Shown here piece by piece: positions 1-7,885 of a DNA stretch of 21,585 nt (position 1 is its first letter; every line of letters begins with the position of its first letter). The notes under the pieces are model-generated. The model did not search any database. It had not been told where the DNA came from and saw only the letters and a list, made by a program, of their open reading frames with translations. The stretch is taken from the NCBI GenBank assembly GCA_037137395.1, contig JBAXKK010000042.1, forward strand, positions 1 through 21,585, read 5' to 3'. This DNA comes from Elusimicrobiota bacterium. Lineage in GTDB: Bacteria > Elusimicrobiota > Elusimicrobia > Elusimicrobiales > UBA9959. The translations under genes and the position numbers were made by a program.

Positions 1-13
1 TACCCTGCTGTTT

Positions 14-3000
14 TCATCTTTCTATAACTATCTTTACCATTTTGCTGGAACTTTTATCTTTGGTTTTAAGCAGGGCTATGTAAACCCCGCTGGCCGCTTT
101 CTGGCCGCCGGAATTCTTCCCGTCCCAGTACGCCATGCCGTTGATATCCGCCGAAAATTCTTTTACCAGCTCTCCGAGGAAAGTGTAGATCTTTACTTTC
201 GCGTAAGGCGGCATATTTGTGAAATGCATAACATCCCCGACGCTGGACGGCTGATAGGGGTTCGGATAGATGCTCACCGTGCCGAGGGAGGCAGCGGGCG
301 ACGCCTCCATTAATTGGAAGGTGGAAAGATGCCAGGTCTGCGCCGTAACGGTATTGTTAAGGCGATCTGAAACCGAAGGCAGCGGCACCCAGATGCCGTT
401 GACCTCGTCGTAAAGAGCGAGAACGAGATTGGAGCGGTTTATACCGGAGGGGAGATCTGAGAGCCGGTATGGGAAAGTGATGGTGACGGGGCTGAGAATC
501 AGGACGGACGGGAAGCGGGTGATCTCAAGCCCTATGCCCGTGGGTCGCAGCACGGAAACCGCGGATACAGGAGGCATAAAGAGGGTTGTTGGCTCTATGT
601 TTATACGGGTGGAGCCGCCCAGCGATCCCGCCGGCATGAACAGCGAAATCAGACCATAGGACGTTTGAAGGGTCACTGTGGTTTCCCTTGAGACAAGGGC
701 TCCGGCTTGGGTTGAGCGCAAAGTCGTTATGGTGCTGGTCAGTACAAAATCTGTGGTTATCCCGGTCTGGCCCTGGGCCTGTATCTTCGCCCAATAAGTT
801 GTGCCAAGACTTAAATCTTTGAAGGTACATGATAATCCGTTTACTGTCGTGGAACTTGAGCGGGCCCAGGCGTTAAAATTACTGGTGGTGGATACCGCGA
901 TATCGGTGGATATTCCGGTACTGTAGGTGGAAATCTCAATATTGTAGATCGTGTGGGAGGAATTTCCGTTTTCAGTCCAGCGCAGAGTAAAACTGTCTGT
1001 CATCAGGTTCGAGAAAGTGTCGGCGCCGGGGAGCACATAGGCCGTGGCGGGGAGAGTAAGAGCCGCCGGAGGATCCAGAGGTATGGGCGTCGTTCCGACG
1101 CCGGTGCGGTTAAGCGCTGAAATCCGAAGATAATATGTCGCGTTTGAAACCAGTCCGTAGAATGTGTGGCTGGTGCTCAGCGTCACTGAGGATAATACGG
1201 TCTGCGCGAAAGCGGGGCTTGAGGATATTTCGGCTTTATAGGGGGTGTCGTCTGGCGGATTATCGCCGATATCCCAATTCAGTGTTATCGAAGAGATGCC
1301 GAGCGAGGAAAAGGCTCCGGGCACCGGGTCGCTGGCCAGCGTCGCCATTGCGCTGAAATTATAAGGGCCTTCCGGAATGTCCAGCCGGCTTATAGTTGTA
1401 ATTTCGGAGTAATAAGTTGTATTGGTCGACAGTCCGGAGAAAGTGGCGTAAGTACTCAAAGTGGCGGATGATAGTACAGTGGACGAGTAGTCGGAATTAG
1501 AGGAGAAGCGTATAAAGTAAACAGTGTCCGGAGGGTTTGAATTATTCAGCCAGTTCACGGTCATCTGACCGGTGGTCAGGTCCGTGAAAGCCGCCTGTAT
1601 CGCCGGATTTGCCAGCGTGGAGGTGGTGGGCGTGTAAACATAATTTTTAGCGCCGTCAAAATTCGCGGTGCCGACTCTGAAATAATAGCTGGTATTAGGC
1701 AACAGATCCTGAATAGCCAGGCTGGCGGTCAGAGGATCATTTGTGGAGGCCGCGCCGGTCAGCAGGTCGAATTCAGGGGAGGTTGAGGCTTCCAGATAAT
1801 ATCCGGCGGCGGTAGCCGAGGACGGGCTTGCCGCCAGGGTGGTCCAGGAGATAGTGGCGCTTGTGTAGGACACAGCCGTTATCGCCTGATCTGTGAGCGG
1901 CTTGGGCAGAGTGTAACGCCTGACGGGGTCCGCCAGCGTGTAGACGGTAGCTCCGTTGTAAAGGGTGCCCACCCGGAAATAGTAAGAAGTGTTTTCGTAC
2001 AGATCGGTTACGGTAAGGCCCGCGGTGAGAGCGTCCGTTGTTGAGGAACTTGCGGCTACAGGATCGAAATATCTTACCGGCGAAGCTTCAAGTACATAGC
2101 CGTCAGAGTAGTCGATGGCGGCGAAAGATACGGCGACGCTTGATTCCCATACGCCGGCGATAGGGACGGATGCCAGGGCGCCGGCGATGGGGGTTACAAC
2201 TGCCGGCAGGTCGGAGAAATTGGGAGTTTTGGTCCAGTTAAGCGTCGCTATGCGCAGGTAGTAGGTTGTGTTGGATTTCAAGCCGGAGAGTGTCAGCGAA
2301 GTTGTGAAATTGGTGTCGGAGACAGCTGAGTATATAAAGCTTTCGGAACCGAAGGTTTGCGACGAACCTTCCAGCAGGTATCCTTCGCAGGATCCGCTCT
2401 GCGGGACGGAGGGCAGTGGCGAGCCCAGGTTTACAGTTAGTGTCAGCGGGTCGGCTATGGTGGTCAGCAAATTGACGGAAAGCGGGACTGACAATGTTAT
2501 GGACGAGAGAGTCAGGGAATAATGAGGGTCAGAATTCTTATTCAGAGCGGCCACGCGGAAATAATAAGTGGTGTTGGCTCCCAGGCCGCTGAGGGTGAGC
2601 GTGCTGTTGAGGATGTCGTAAGTGATGGTGGAGCGGTATACATCGGTGTCGTCAAAGTTGGTGGAAGAAGCTTCCAGACGGTAGCCGTCAGCCGTGGATG
2701 ATGAAGGCTCTATTGGTAGGGCGGTCCACCCCAGCGTGACGGTCTGGGTGCCCACGCTAATCAGCTGAAAATCCTGCGGCTGAGCCGACAAGGTGGTGAA
2801 ACTCCTCAAATAATCGGAGTTTATCGCTTCAAACTTGTTCACGCTCCCTAACCTGTAGTAATAAGTAGTGTTGGTCTCCAGGCCCGGCAGGTCGAAGAAA
2901 GAAATGCTCGCTTCGACTGTTGCAAATTCTCCGATCAGGTTGGTCATGTTGGCGGAAGAGGATAGTGTCAACTGATAGCCATTAGAGTTAGAAACCTCGT

Positions 3001-3697
3001 TCCATGAGACGGTGGCGGTTGTTTCGTAAACTGAGTTGTTAATCCCGCTTGGGACGAGCGCCAGCGTGGCGGTGGAAATGCCGCTGTTTAAAGCTTCACC
3101 TGAGGGAGTTCCGGCCCAGTTTACGGCGCGCACTCTGAATAAATACTCAGTGTTGGAAACCAAACCGCCGATATCCACCGGCGGATAGCCCCTGCTGGTC
3201 GTGCTGAAGCCCACATCAAGATCGCCTGACGAGTAATCCACTTGGTAAAGGGTGTCGGGAGGGTTGCCTTCCGTGTTCCAGCCTACGCGGATGATGCTGC
3301 CTGTCATTAAATAGGACTGAAAACCTTCAGAGTTAAAGTAGATCCCGGAGGGAGCGTTCGCAAGCGTGACGGCCGTGATTTCCTCGTAAGCTGTGTCAGG
3401 GTCGTCGACACTTTTTATTTTGAAGTAGTAGGTGGTGTTTGCGTGCAGGTCCGTATAGGATACGCCGGGGGGGGGTGTTAAAACACCGCTGGATATGTAC
3501 GTTGCAAATGCGTCTGTGGAAAGGACCGCATTGTAGGAAACATCGTAGTATTCCCAAGTGAAACTAAGGGTAGTCTCGGTTACAGCCGTAGTTGACGGAT
3601 TTAATACTCCTGCGTTCAAGGCGGCGGAGGTGAAAAATAAATAGGCGGCAGCCAGGCATCTAATCAGATTTTTTATTGTACGGGGGCGAACTTCCAT
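14..3697 (-). CDS. Large secreted/surface protein: signal peptide, ~10 fibronectin type III-like repeats, ZU5/GPS-like domain, C-terminal FlgD-Ig/T9SS type A-like sorting domain
   Basis: 1227-aa ORF. N-terminus is basic then hydrophobic (CLAAAYLFFTSAALNA). Ten ~95-100 aa Ser/Thr-rich repeats carry the FN3 signature W...Y.LE.S...L..NTTYYFRV. C-terminus is IYPNPY...VKIYTFLGELVK...WDGKN..G...ASGVYI...KIVIER. Confidence 0.85.
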   Translation of the reverse strand: MEVRPRTIKNLIRCLAAAYLFFTSAALNAGVLNPSTTAVTETTLSFTWEYYDVSYNAVLSTDAFATYISSGVLTPPPGVSYTDLHANTTYYFKIKSVDDPDTAYEEITAVTLANAPSGIYFNSEGFQSYLMTGSIIRVGWNTEGNPPDTLYQVDYSSGDLDVGFSTTSRGYPPVDIGGLVSNTEYLFRVRAVNWAGTPSGEALNSGISTATLALVPSGINNSVYETTATVSWNEVSNSNGYQLTLSSSANMTNLIGEFATVEASISFFDLPGLETNTTYYYRLGSVNKFEAINSDYLRSFTTLSAQPQDFQLISVGTQTVTLGWTALPIEPSSSTADGYRLEASSTNFDDTDVYRSTITYDILNSTLTLSGLGANTTYYFRVAALNKNSDPHYSLTLSSITLSVPLSVNLLTTIADPLTLTVNLGSPLPSVPQSGSCEGYLLEGSSQTFGSESFIYSAVSDTNFTTSLTLSGLKSNTTYYLRIATLNWTKTPNFSDLPAVVTPIAGALASVPIAGVWESSVAVSFAAIDYSDGYVLEASPVRYFDPVAASSSTTDALTAGLTVTDLYENTSYYFRVGTLYNGATVYTLADPVRRYTLPKPLTDQAITAVSYTSATISWTTLAASPSSATAAGYYLEASTSPEFDLLTGAASTNDPLTASLAIQDLLPNTSYYFRVGTANFDGAKNYVYTPTTSTLANPAIQAAFTDLTTGQMTVNWLNNSNPPDTVYFIRFSSNSDYSSTVLSSATLSTYATFSGLSTNTTYYSEITTISRLDIPEGPYNFSAMATLASDPVPGAFSSLGISSITLNWDIGDNPPDDTPYKAEISSSPAFAQTVLSSVTLSTSHTFYGLVSNATYYLRISALNRTGVGTTPIPLDPPAALTLPATAYVLPGADTFSNLMTDSFTLRWTENGNSSHTIYNIEISTYSTGISTDIAVSTTSNFNAWARSSSTTVNGLSCTFKDLSLGTTYWAKIQAQGQTGITTDFVLTSTITTLRSTQAGALVSRETTVTLQTSYGLISLFMPAGSLGGSTRINIEPTTLFMPPVSAVSVLRPTGIGLEITRFPSVLILSPVTITFPYRLSDLPSGINRSNLVLALYDEVNGIWVPLPSVSDRLNNTVTAQTWHLSTFQLMEASPAASLGTVSIYPNPYQPSSVGDVMHFTNMPPYAKVKIYTFLGELVKEFSADINGMAYWDGKNSGGQKAASGVYIALLKTKDKSSSKMVKIVIER
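3467..3475. repeat. G9 homopolymer (C9 on the coding strand, Pro-Pro-Pro) near the 5' end of the FN3 gene
   Basis: gccGGGGGGGGGtgt; the longest G/C run I noticed in the window. Confidence 0.85.
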
Positions 3698-3703
3698 ATA
3701 TAT

Positions 3704-3731
3704 AGTTTAATAAATAACAACGCAAATTCAA
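3704..3731 (-). promoter_or_regulatory. Putative sigma70 promoter of the FN3 gene, probably leaderless
   Basis: Minus strand reads TTGAAT-16 nt-TAAACT-ATATAT-ATG, with no Shine-Dalgarno sequence before the ATG at 3697. Confidence 0.5.
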
Positions 3732-3821
3732 TTGCTAATATGTTACAAAGTATACAAAAAATACATCCTTCCCGCTTGCCCGCTGAGCGGGTGTTTCCAT
3801 AAGGCGTGGTCATAGGGCGGA

Positions 3822-3856
3822 TTGAAATCAGAAGCGATTGTATTATATGATAAACT
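3822..3856 (+). promoter_or_regulatory. Putative sigma70 promoter of the DUF4185-like gene
   Basis: TTGAAA (3822-3827)-18 nt-TATGAT (3846-3851), with an overlapping extended -10 TGaTAAACT (3848-3856). Confidence 0.45.
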
Positions 3857-3916
3857 TGAAACGCATTGTGTAACCGCCATAGTGGGTCGGTTTGCGGCGA
3901 TGGTCAGAGGTCTTAA

Positions 3917-5041
3917 ATGAAAGGTTTTCGTATTTTCCCCATTCTGTTTTTTCTGATCCCTGTCGGCCTTATGGCCGAAATCCCTAAAGCGGTGAAACCC
4001 CTCGCTCCGGCCGCGCAGGTTGCCGCTTCTCCGGCTTTAAATATCCTTTCTGTCAAAGAAATCGGGCCGCTGCTCGCCCCGCGGAAATCGTCATATCCTG
4101 TGGTCGGACAGGCCGGCAATTATTCTGTGGCGCTTGGCGACGGCAGGACACTCTGGCTACTGAATAATATCTGGACCGGTGAACTTAAAGGAAAAGGGGA
4201 AGTCTCCATCTGGGGGATGATTGAAGGCGGGATGGCGATCCTTTCCGCCACCTCTCCTTACGCAGCCGCCGGCGCGCTCAGCTATGTGGCCGATGAAAAT
4301 AAGTGGCCGCTGCCTGTCTGTTCCGCGGATTTAGCAGAGTACATTCCGGTCCGTAAGTTTTGGCCCAGGGCGGGTGTAAAGACTGAATCCGGCTATTACG
4401 CCTACTATTCCATAATGAATAATTTCGGTCCCGGAGCCTACGACTATTTCAGGGTAGGGCAGGGCCTGGCCGTGGCTGAAAAACCGGATGGTCCTTACAG
4501 GCTGCTGAAAAACGGAGAATCCTACTTCTTATGGACAGATATAGAACCCTCTTTCGGTTCCGCGCTGCTGCTTGATCAGGACGGCTGGCTTTATATCTAC
4601 GGTCGCTACGCTGCCGAGCCGGGGAAATATTCGGCGGCGCTCGCCCGCGTCCGCCCGGAAAAGGCCGGCGAGCCGGAGGCTTATTCCTATTACGGCGCTG
4701 GGATTTCTTCCGGCTCCTGGACCGAAGATGTCAGCGAGGCGGCGCCCGTGATGGAAAATATACCGGAAGAGTTTTCGGTCTCATATAACGATCATCTTAA
4801 GGCGTATCTGGCGCTTTACCAGGACGCGGAGACCGGCGCGGTGCGGCTCAAAACGGCTCAGTATCCCTGGGGTCCGTGGAGCGGGCCTAAAACCGCGCTT
4901 TCCTGCAAAAAAGAGGAGTACTGCTTTGGCGCCAAGGAGCAGGCTGCCTTTTCCTCCGAGGGCGGAAAGAAAATATTTTTCACTGTTGAAAAAAAGAACA
5001 TGCCGTATTTTTACGAACTGGCTTTTAGCCAAAATCCCTGA
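3917..5041 (+). CDS. Secreted DUF4185 (GH183)-like five-bladed beta-propeller protein
   Basis: 374 aa with a signal peptide (MKGFRIFPILFFLIPVGLMA). Motifs YSVALGDGRTLW, DGWLYIYG, LARV...YSYY...W, EFSVSYN..LKAYLALY, A..PWGPWS match the DUF4185/DUF5005-like propeller pattern. GAGG lies upstream. Confidence 0.7.
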   Translation: MKGFRIFPILFFLIPVGLMAEIPKAVKPLAPAAQVAASPALNILSVKEIGPLLAPRKSSYPVVGQAGNYSVALGDGRTLWLLNNIWTGELKGKGEVSIWGMIEGGMAILSATSPYAAAGALSYVADENKWPLPVCSADLAEYIPVRKFWPRAGVKTESGYYAYYSIMNNFGPGAYDYFRVGQGLAVAEKPDGPYRLLKNGESYFLWTDIEPSFGSALLLDQDGWLYIYGRYAAEPGKYSAALARVRPEKAGEPEAYSYYGAGISSGSWTEDVSEAAPVMENIPEEFSVSYNDHLKAYLALYQDAETGAVRLKTAQYPWGPWSGPKTALSCKKEEYCFGAKEQAAFSSEGGKKIFFTVEKKNMPYFYELAFSQNP

Positions 5042-5062
5042 CCGGGCAGACGGCGGGATTTG

Positions 5063-5071
5063 TGATACAAT
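5063..5071 (+). promoter_or_regulatory. Extended -10 promoter upstream of buk
   Basis: TGaTACAAT about 38 nt upstream of the ATG at 5110; AAAGGA RBS precedes the start. Confidence 0.5.
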
Positions 5072-5109
5072 AGCGGACCGTATCCTACATCCGGAGAAAG
5101 GAACAACTT

Positions 5110-6228
5110 ATGGCCGAATTCAACATTCTTGTGATAAATCCCGGGTCCACCTCGGATGAGGTCAGTTTTTACCGCGGCGAAAATCTGGTCTTCCATAAAA
5201 CGGTGCGCTATAGCCCCGAGACGCTTAAGCCCTATGAAAAACAGAAGATCACTGCCCAGTATGATTTCAGAAAGAAAATGGTGCTTGACGCCATGGCGGA
5301 GAACAAGGTGGAGCTGTCCGAACTGCACGCTGTTATAGGACGCGGCGGCCTGCTCAGGCCCATAGAAAGCGGCACCTATGAGATAAACGATAAAATGTTA
5401 AAGGATCTGGATGAAGCGTCAAGGGGCGATCACGCATCCAATCTCGGCGGCATCCTCGCCAAAAGCATCGCCGACGAGTGTAAGACCCCATGTTTCATCG
5501 CCGACCCGGTAGTGGTGGATGAACTTGGCCCGCTGGCCCGCTATTCAGGTATGCCGGAAAATCCGCGCATATCTATCTTTCACGCCCTTAATCAGAAGCG
5601 CGTAGGACGCCACGCCGCCCGCGGTCTCGGCAAGCCGTACGAGGAGTGTAATTTTATAATCATGCACGGCGGGGGCGGCGTTTCAGTGGGAGCCCACAGG
5701 CAGGGCCGCGTCGTGGACGTGAATAACGCGCTGGACGGCGACGGCCCTTTCACTCCGCAGAGAAGCGGCGGCGTGCCCGCCGGCGGTTTGGTGAGAATGT
5801 GTTTTTCCGGAAAGCACAGCCTAACCGATATGCAGCTTAAGATAAAAGGCCGCGGCGGTATGATAGCTTATACCGGCACATCAGATATGATAGCCCTGGA
5901 AAAATATATCCTTACCGGGGAGGTCGTGCCGGGCGCCGGTCTTGACCCCGCGGTCGTTAGCAGGGAAAAAGCTAAAGAGTCGGTAGAAGCCATGGCCTAC
6001 CAGATATCCAAGGAGATAGCCGCGATGACCGCTGTGCTGGAAGGCAAGGTTGACGCGGTGGTGCTGTCCGGCGGCCTGGCCTACGACAGAATTATAGTGC
6101 CGGAGCTGAAGCGGCGTATAGGTTGGATCGCGCCCGTTATGCTTTTTCCCGGCGGAGACGAGATGGCCGCGCTGCGGGTGGCCGCGGAGACCGCGCTGAA
6201 GCATCCCAAAAAGGTCCGCAAATATTGA
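5110..6228 (+). CDS. buk: Butyrate kinase (branched-chain carboxylate kinase family)
   Basis: Motifs ILVINPGSTS, GRGGLLRPIESGTY, HASNLGG, IADPVVVDE, SIFHALNQK, GGGVSVGAH, DVNNALDGDGPFTPQRSG, AMAYQISKEI, LSGGLAY. Confidence 0.95.
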   Translation: MAEFNILVINPGSTSDEVSFYRGENLVFHKTVRYSPETLKPYEKQKITAQYDFRKKMVLDAMAENKVELSELHAVIGRGGLLRPIESGTYEINDKMLKDLDEASRGDHASNLGGILAKSIADECKTPCFIADPVVVDELGPLARYSGMPENPRISIFHALNQKRVGRHAARGLGKPYEECNFIIMHGGGGVSVGAHRQGRVVDVNNALDGDGPFTPQRSGGVPAGGLVRMCFSGKHSLTDMQLKIKGRGGMIAYTGTSDMIALEKYILTGEVVPGAGLDPAVVSREKAKESVEAMAYQISKEIAAMTAVLEGKVDAVVLSGGLAYDRIIVPELKRRIGWIAPVMLFPGGDEMAALRVAAETALKHPKKVRKY

Positions 6229-6308
6229 AGGCGGTGGATGGTAAAGAGGCACAGGGTTACGGCGAGGAGCGTTCAGGTAAAATTGAGATCAAGCGAGGCG
6301 CAGCAATT

Positions 6309-7238
6309 ATGAAATTTAAAAATTTTGACGAACTTCTGAAAATGGTAAAGGGCAAGACTAACCGCATAGTCGTGCCCGGAGCCAATAATGACGAGGTGCT
6401 TGAGGCCTGCAAGATGGGGGTGGACCACAAAATTATCTCCGGAGGCATACTAATAGGGCCGGCTAGCCAGGTCTCGGCGATCGCCGCGAAAGTCGGCCTC
6501 CCGCTCAATACTTTTGAGATAATCGATATGTCCGATTTCGCCGAGATGTGCAATAAAGCCGTGGATCTGGTCAGGGCCGGCAAAGGCGACTTTCTGGTTA
6601 AGGGCCTGGTTGACACCAAATTTTACATGAAAGCCATTCTTCGCAAAGAGATAGCGGCGGTGGAGGAAGGGACGGTGCTAAGCCATTTCGTGCTGTTCGA
6701 ACTGTCCAATTATCATAAGCTTTTCGCGCTGACCGACGCGGCTATTATGATCAAGCCGACTCTTGAAGAAAAGGCCAAGATCACGCGCAACGCCGTGAAC
6801 ATGATGCGCATGCTGGGCGTTGATACGCCAAAGGTCTCGGTGGTCTGTCCGGTGGAAAAGCCCAATCCCAAGATCCCCAGCACCATGGACGCCGGTGAGC
6901 TCGTCAATATGTCTAAAGACGGCCGGATAAAGAACGCCGTGATAGAAGGGCCCTATGATATATATATTACCTTCTCTAAAAAGCTGGCCGAAGAAAAGGG
7001 TATCAGCGGCGCCGTGCCCGGAGAGACAGACATCGCGCTGCTGCCGGACCTGGATTCCGCCAATCCGGTGTATAAGGCGCTTTCGTTCTTCGGCGCCGGC
7101 ATGAAGTCGGCGACGGTGCTGGCGGGCTCAAATATTCCTGTGATTCTGCCGTCCAGGACCGATTCGCCCATGACTAAGCTGCACTCTATAGCCCTTGCCT
7201 GCTTTCTTAAGGACGCGACAACGACAACAGTGGGTTAG
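6309..7238 (+). CDS. ptb: Phosphate butyryltransferase / phosphate acyltransferase (PTA_PTB family)
   Basis: Motifs AVDLVRAGKGDFLVKGLVDT, LSHF, LTDAA, EKPNPKIPSTMDA, IEGP, IPVILPSRTDS; adjacent to buk. Start moved to ATG 6309 (MKFKNF, GAGG upstream), giving 309 aa. Confidence 0.9.
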   Translation: MKFKNFDELLKMVKGKTNRIVVPGANNDEVLEACKMGVDHKIISGGILIGPASQVSAIAAKVGLPLNTFEIIDMSDFAEMCNKAVDLVRAGKGDFLVKGLVDTKFYMKAILRKEIAAVEEGTVLSHFVLFELSNYHKLFALTDAAIMIKPTLEEKAKITRNAVNMMRMLGVDTPKVSVVCPVEKPNPKIPSTMDAGELVNMSKDGRIKNAVIEGPYDIYITFSKKLAEEKGISGAVPGETDIALLPDLDSANPVYKALSFFGAGMKSATVLAGSNIPVILPSRTDSPMTKLHSIALACFLKDATTTTVG

Positions 7239-7305
7239 TGGCGAGTGATAAGTAATTACATCTGCTGCTAACAGCCAAGCGCTTAATTATAAAGGAGAAA
7301 ATGTT

Positions 7306-7770
7306 ATGTGGGATTTTTTAAAAAAACTTAAAAAAACAGAACCTGCGGAAACTTCGGCTGTGAAGGAGCTCCCGGCCGCGAAGCCGGAGCCGGCGCAAAA
7401 TCCGACGCCAGTCCCGGCCCGGCCGGTTCAGTCCGCGGCAAAGGTTGAAAAGCCTCACGCTCAAAAGACGGATGAAGAGCTGGCTGAGGAACTCAACAAG
7501 ATCTCGCCCGAAATCTTATCCCAGGCTAAGAACCCGGAGATGCGCAAGCTGGTGATAAATATCTACCGCAAGATGCTGGTGGAGGGCGTGGATGTTAATA
7601 ATGAGAAAGAGGTTAAAAAATGGCTTAAAAAGCATCCTGAGGTCGCCGCCGGCGGAGATGTTCAGAAAGTGGAAACTGTGAAAAGGATGGAACCGAAAGT
7701 GGGCAGGAATGACCCCTGTCACTGCGGCAGCGGTAAAAAGTACAAAAAATGCTGCGGCGCCGGACAGTAA
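7306..7770 (+). CDS. SEC-C zinc-binding motif protein
   Basis: C-terminal [21 protein letters not shown]; Pro/Ala-rich N-terminal linker; strong AAAGGAG RBS. At 154 aa it is not SecA itself. Confidence 0.88.
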   Translation: MWDFLKKLKKTEPAETSAVKELPAAKPEPAQNPTPVPARPVQSAAKVEKPHAQKTDEELAEELNKISPEILSQAKNPEMRKLVINIYRKMLVEGVDVNNEKEVKKWLKKHPEVAAGGDVQKVETVKRMEPKVGRNDPCHCGSGKKYKKCCGAGQ

Positions 7771-7789
7771 ACCTTTAAAAATAAGCATT

Positions 7790-7827
7790 AAAAAACTGAG
7801 CCCCCGGAACTATCCGGGGGCTCTTTT
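7790..7827. terminator. Bidirectional Rho-independent terminator
   Basis: Perfect 11-bp stem GAGCCCCCGGA-acta-TCCGGGGGCTC (7798-7823), followed by TTTT and preceded by an A6 run, between convergent genes. Confidence 0.88.
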
Positions 7828-7885
7828 ATGTCCTTAAAAACAGACTTTTTGTGTGCTATTCGCTCTGCACTAACCCGCTTTCTAA

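Noticed and set aside
700..3620. Repeats in the FN3 gene as a possible CRISPR, DGR or tandem DNA array
   Set aside because: Similarity is at the protein level only; I saw no near-identical nucleotide repeats, spacers or reverse transcriptase.
3780..3792. Palindrome CCCGCT-g-AGCGGG in the divergent intergenic region
   Set aside because: Short, GC-rich, single occurrence and no U-tract; cannot be distinguished from chance.
6123..6308. N-terminal extension of the ptb ORF overlapping buk (possible fusion or frameshift)
   Set aside because: buk ends normally at 6228 and Ptb homology starts at MKFKNF (6309) with its own RBS; the extension is an ORF-caller artefact.
7306..7770. secA call
   Set aside because: Only the ~20-aa SEC-C motif is present; there are no ATPase domains.
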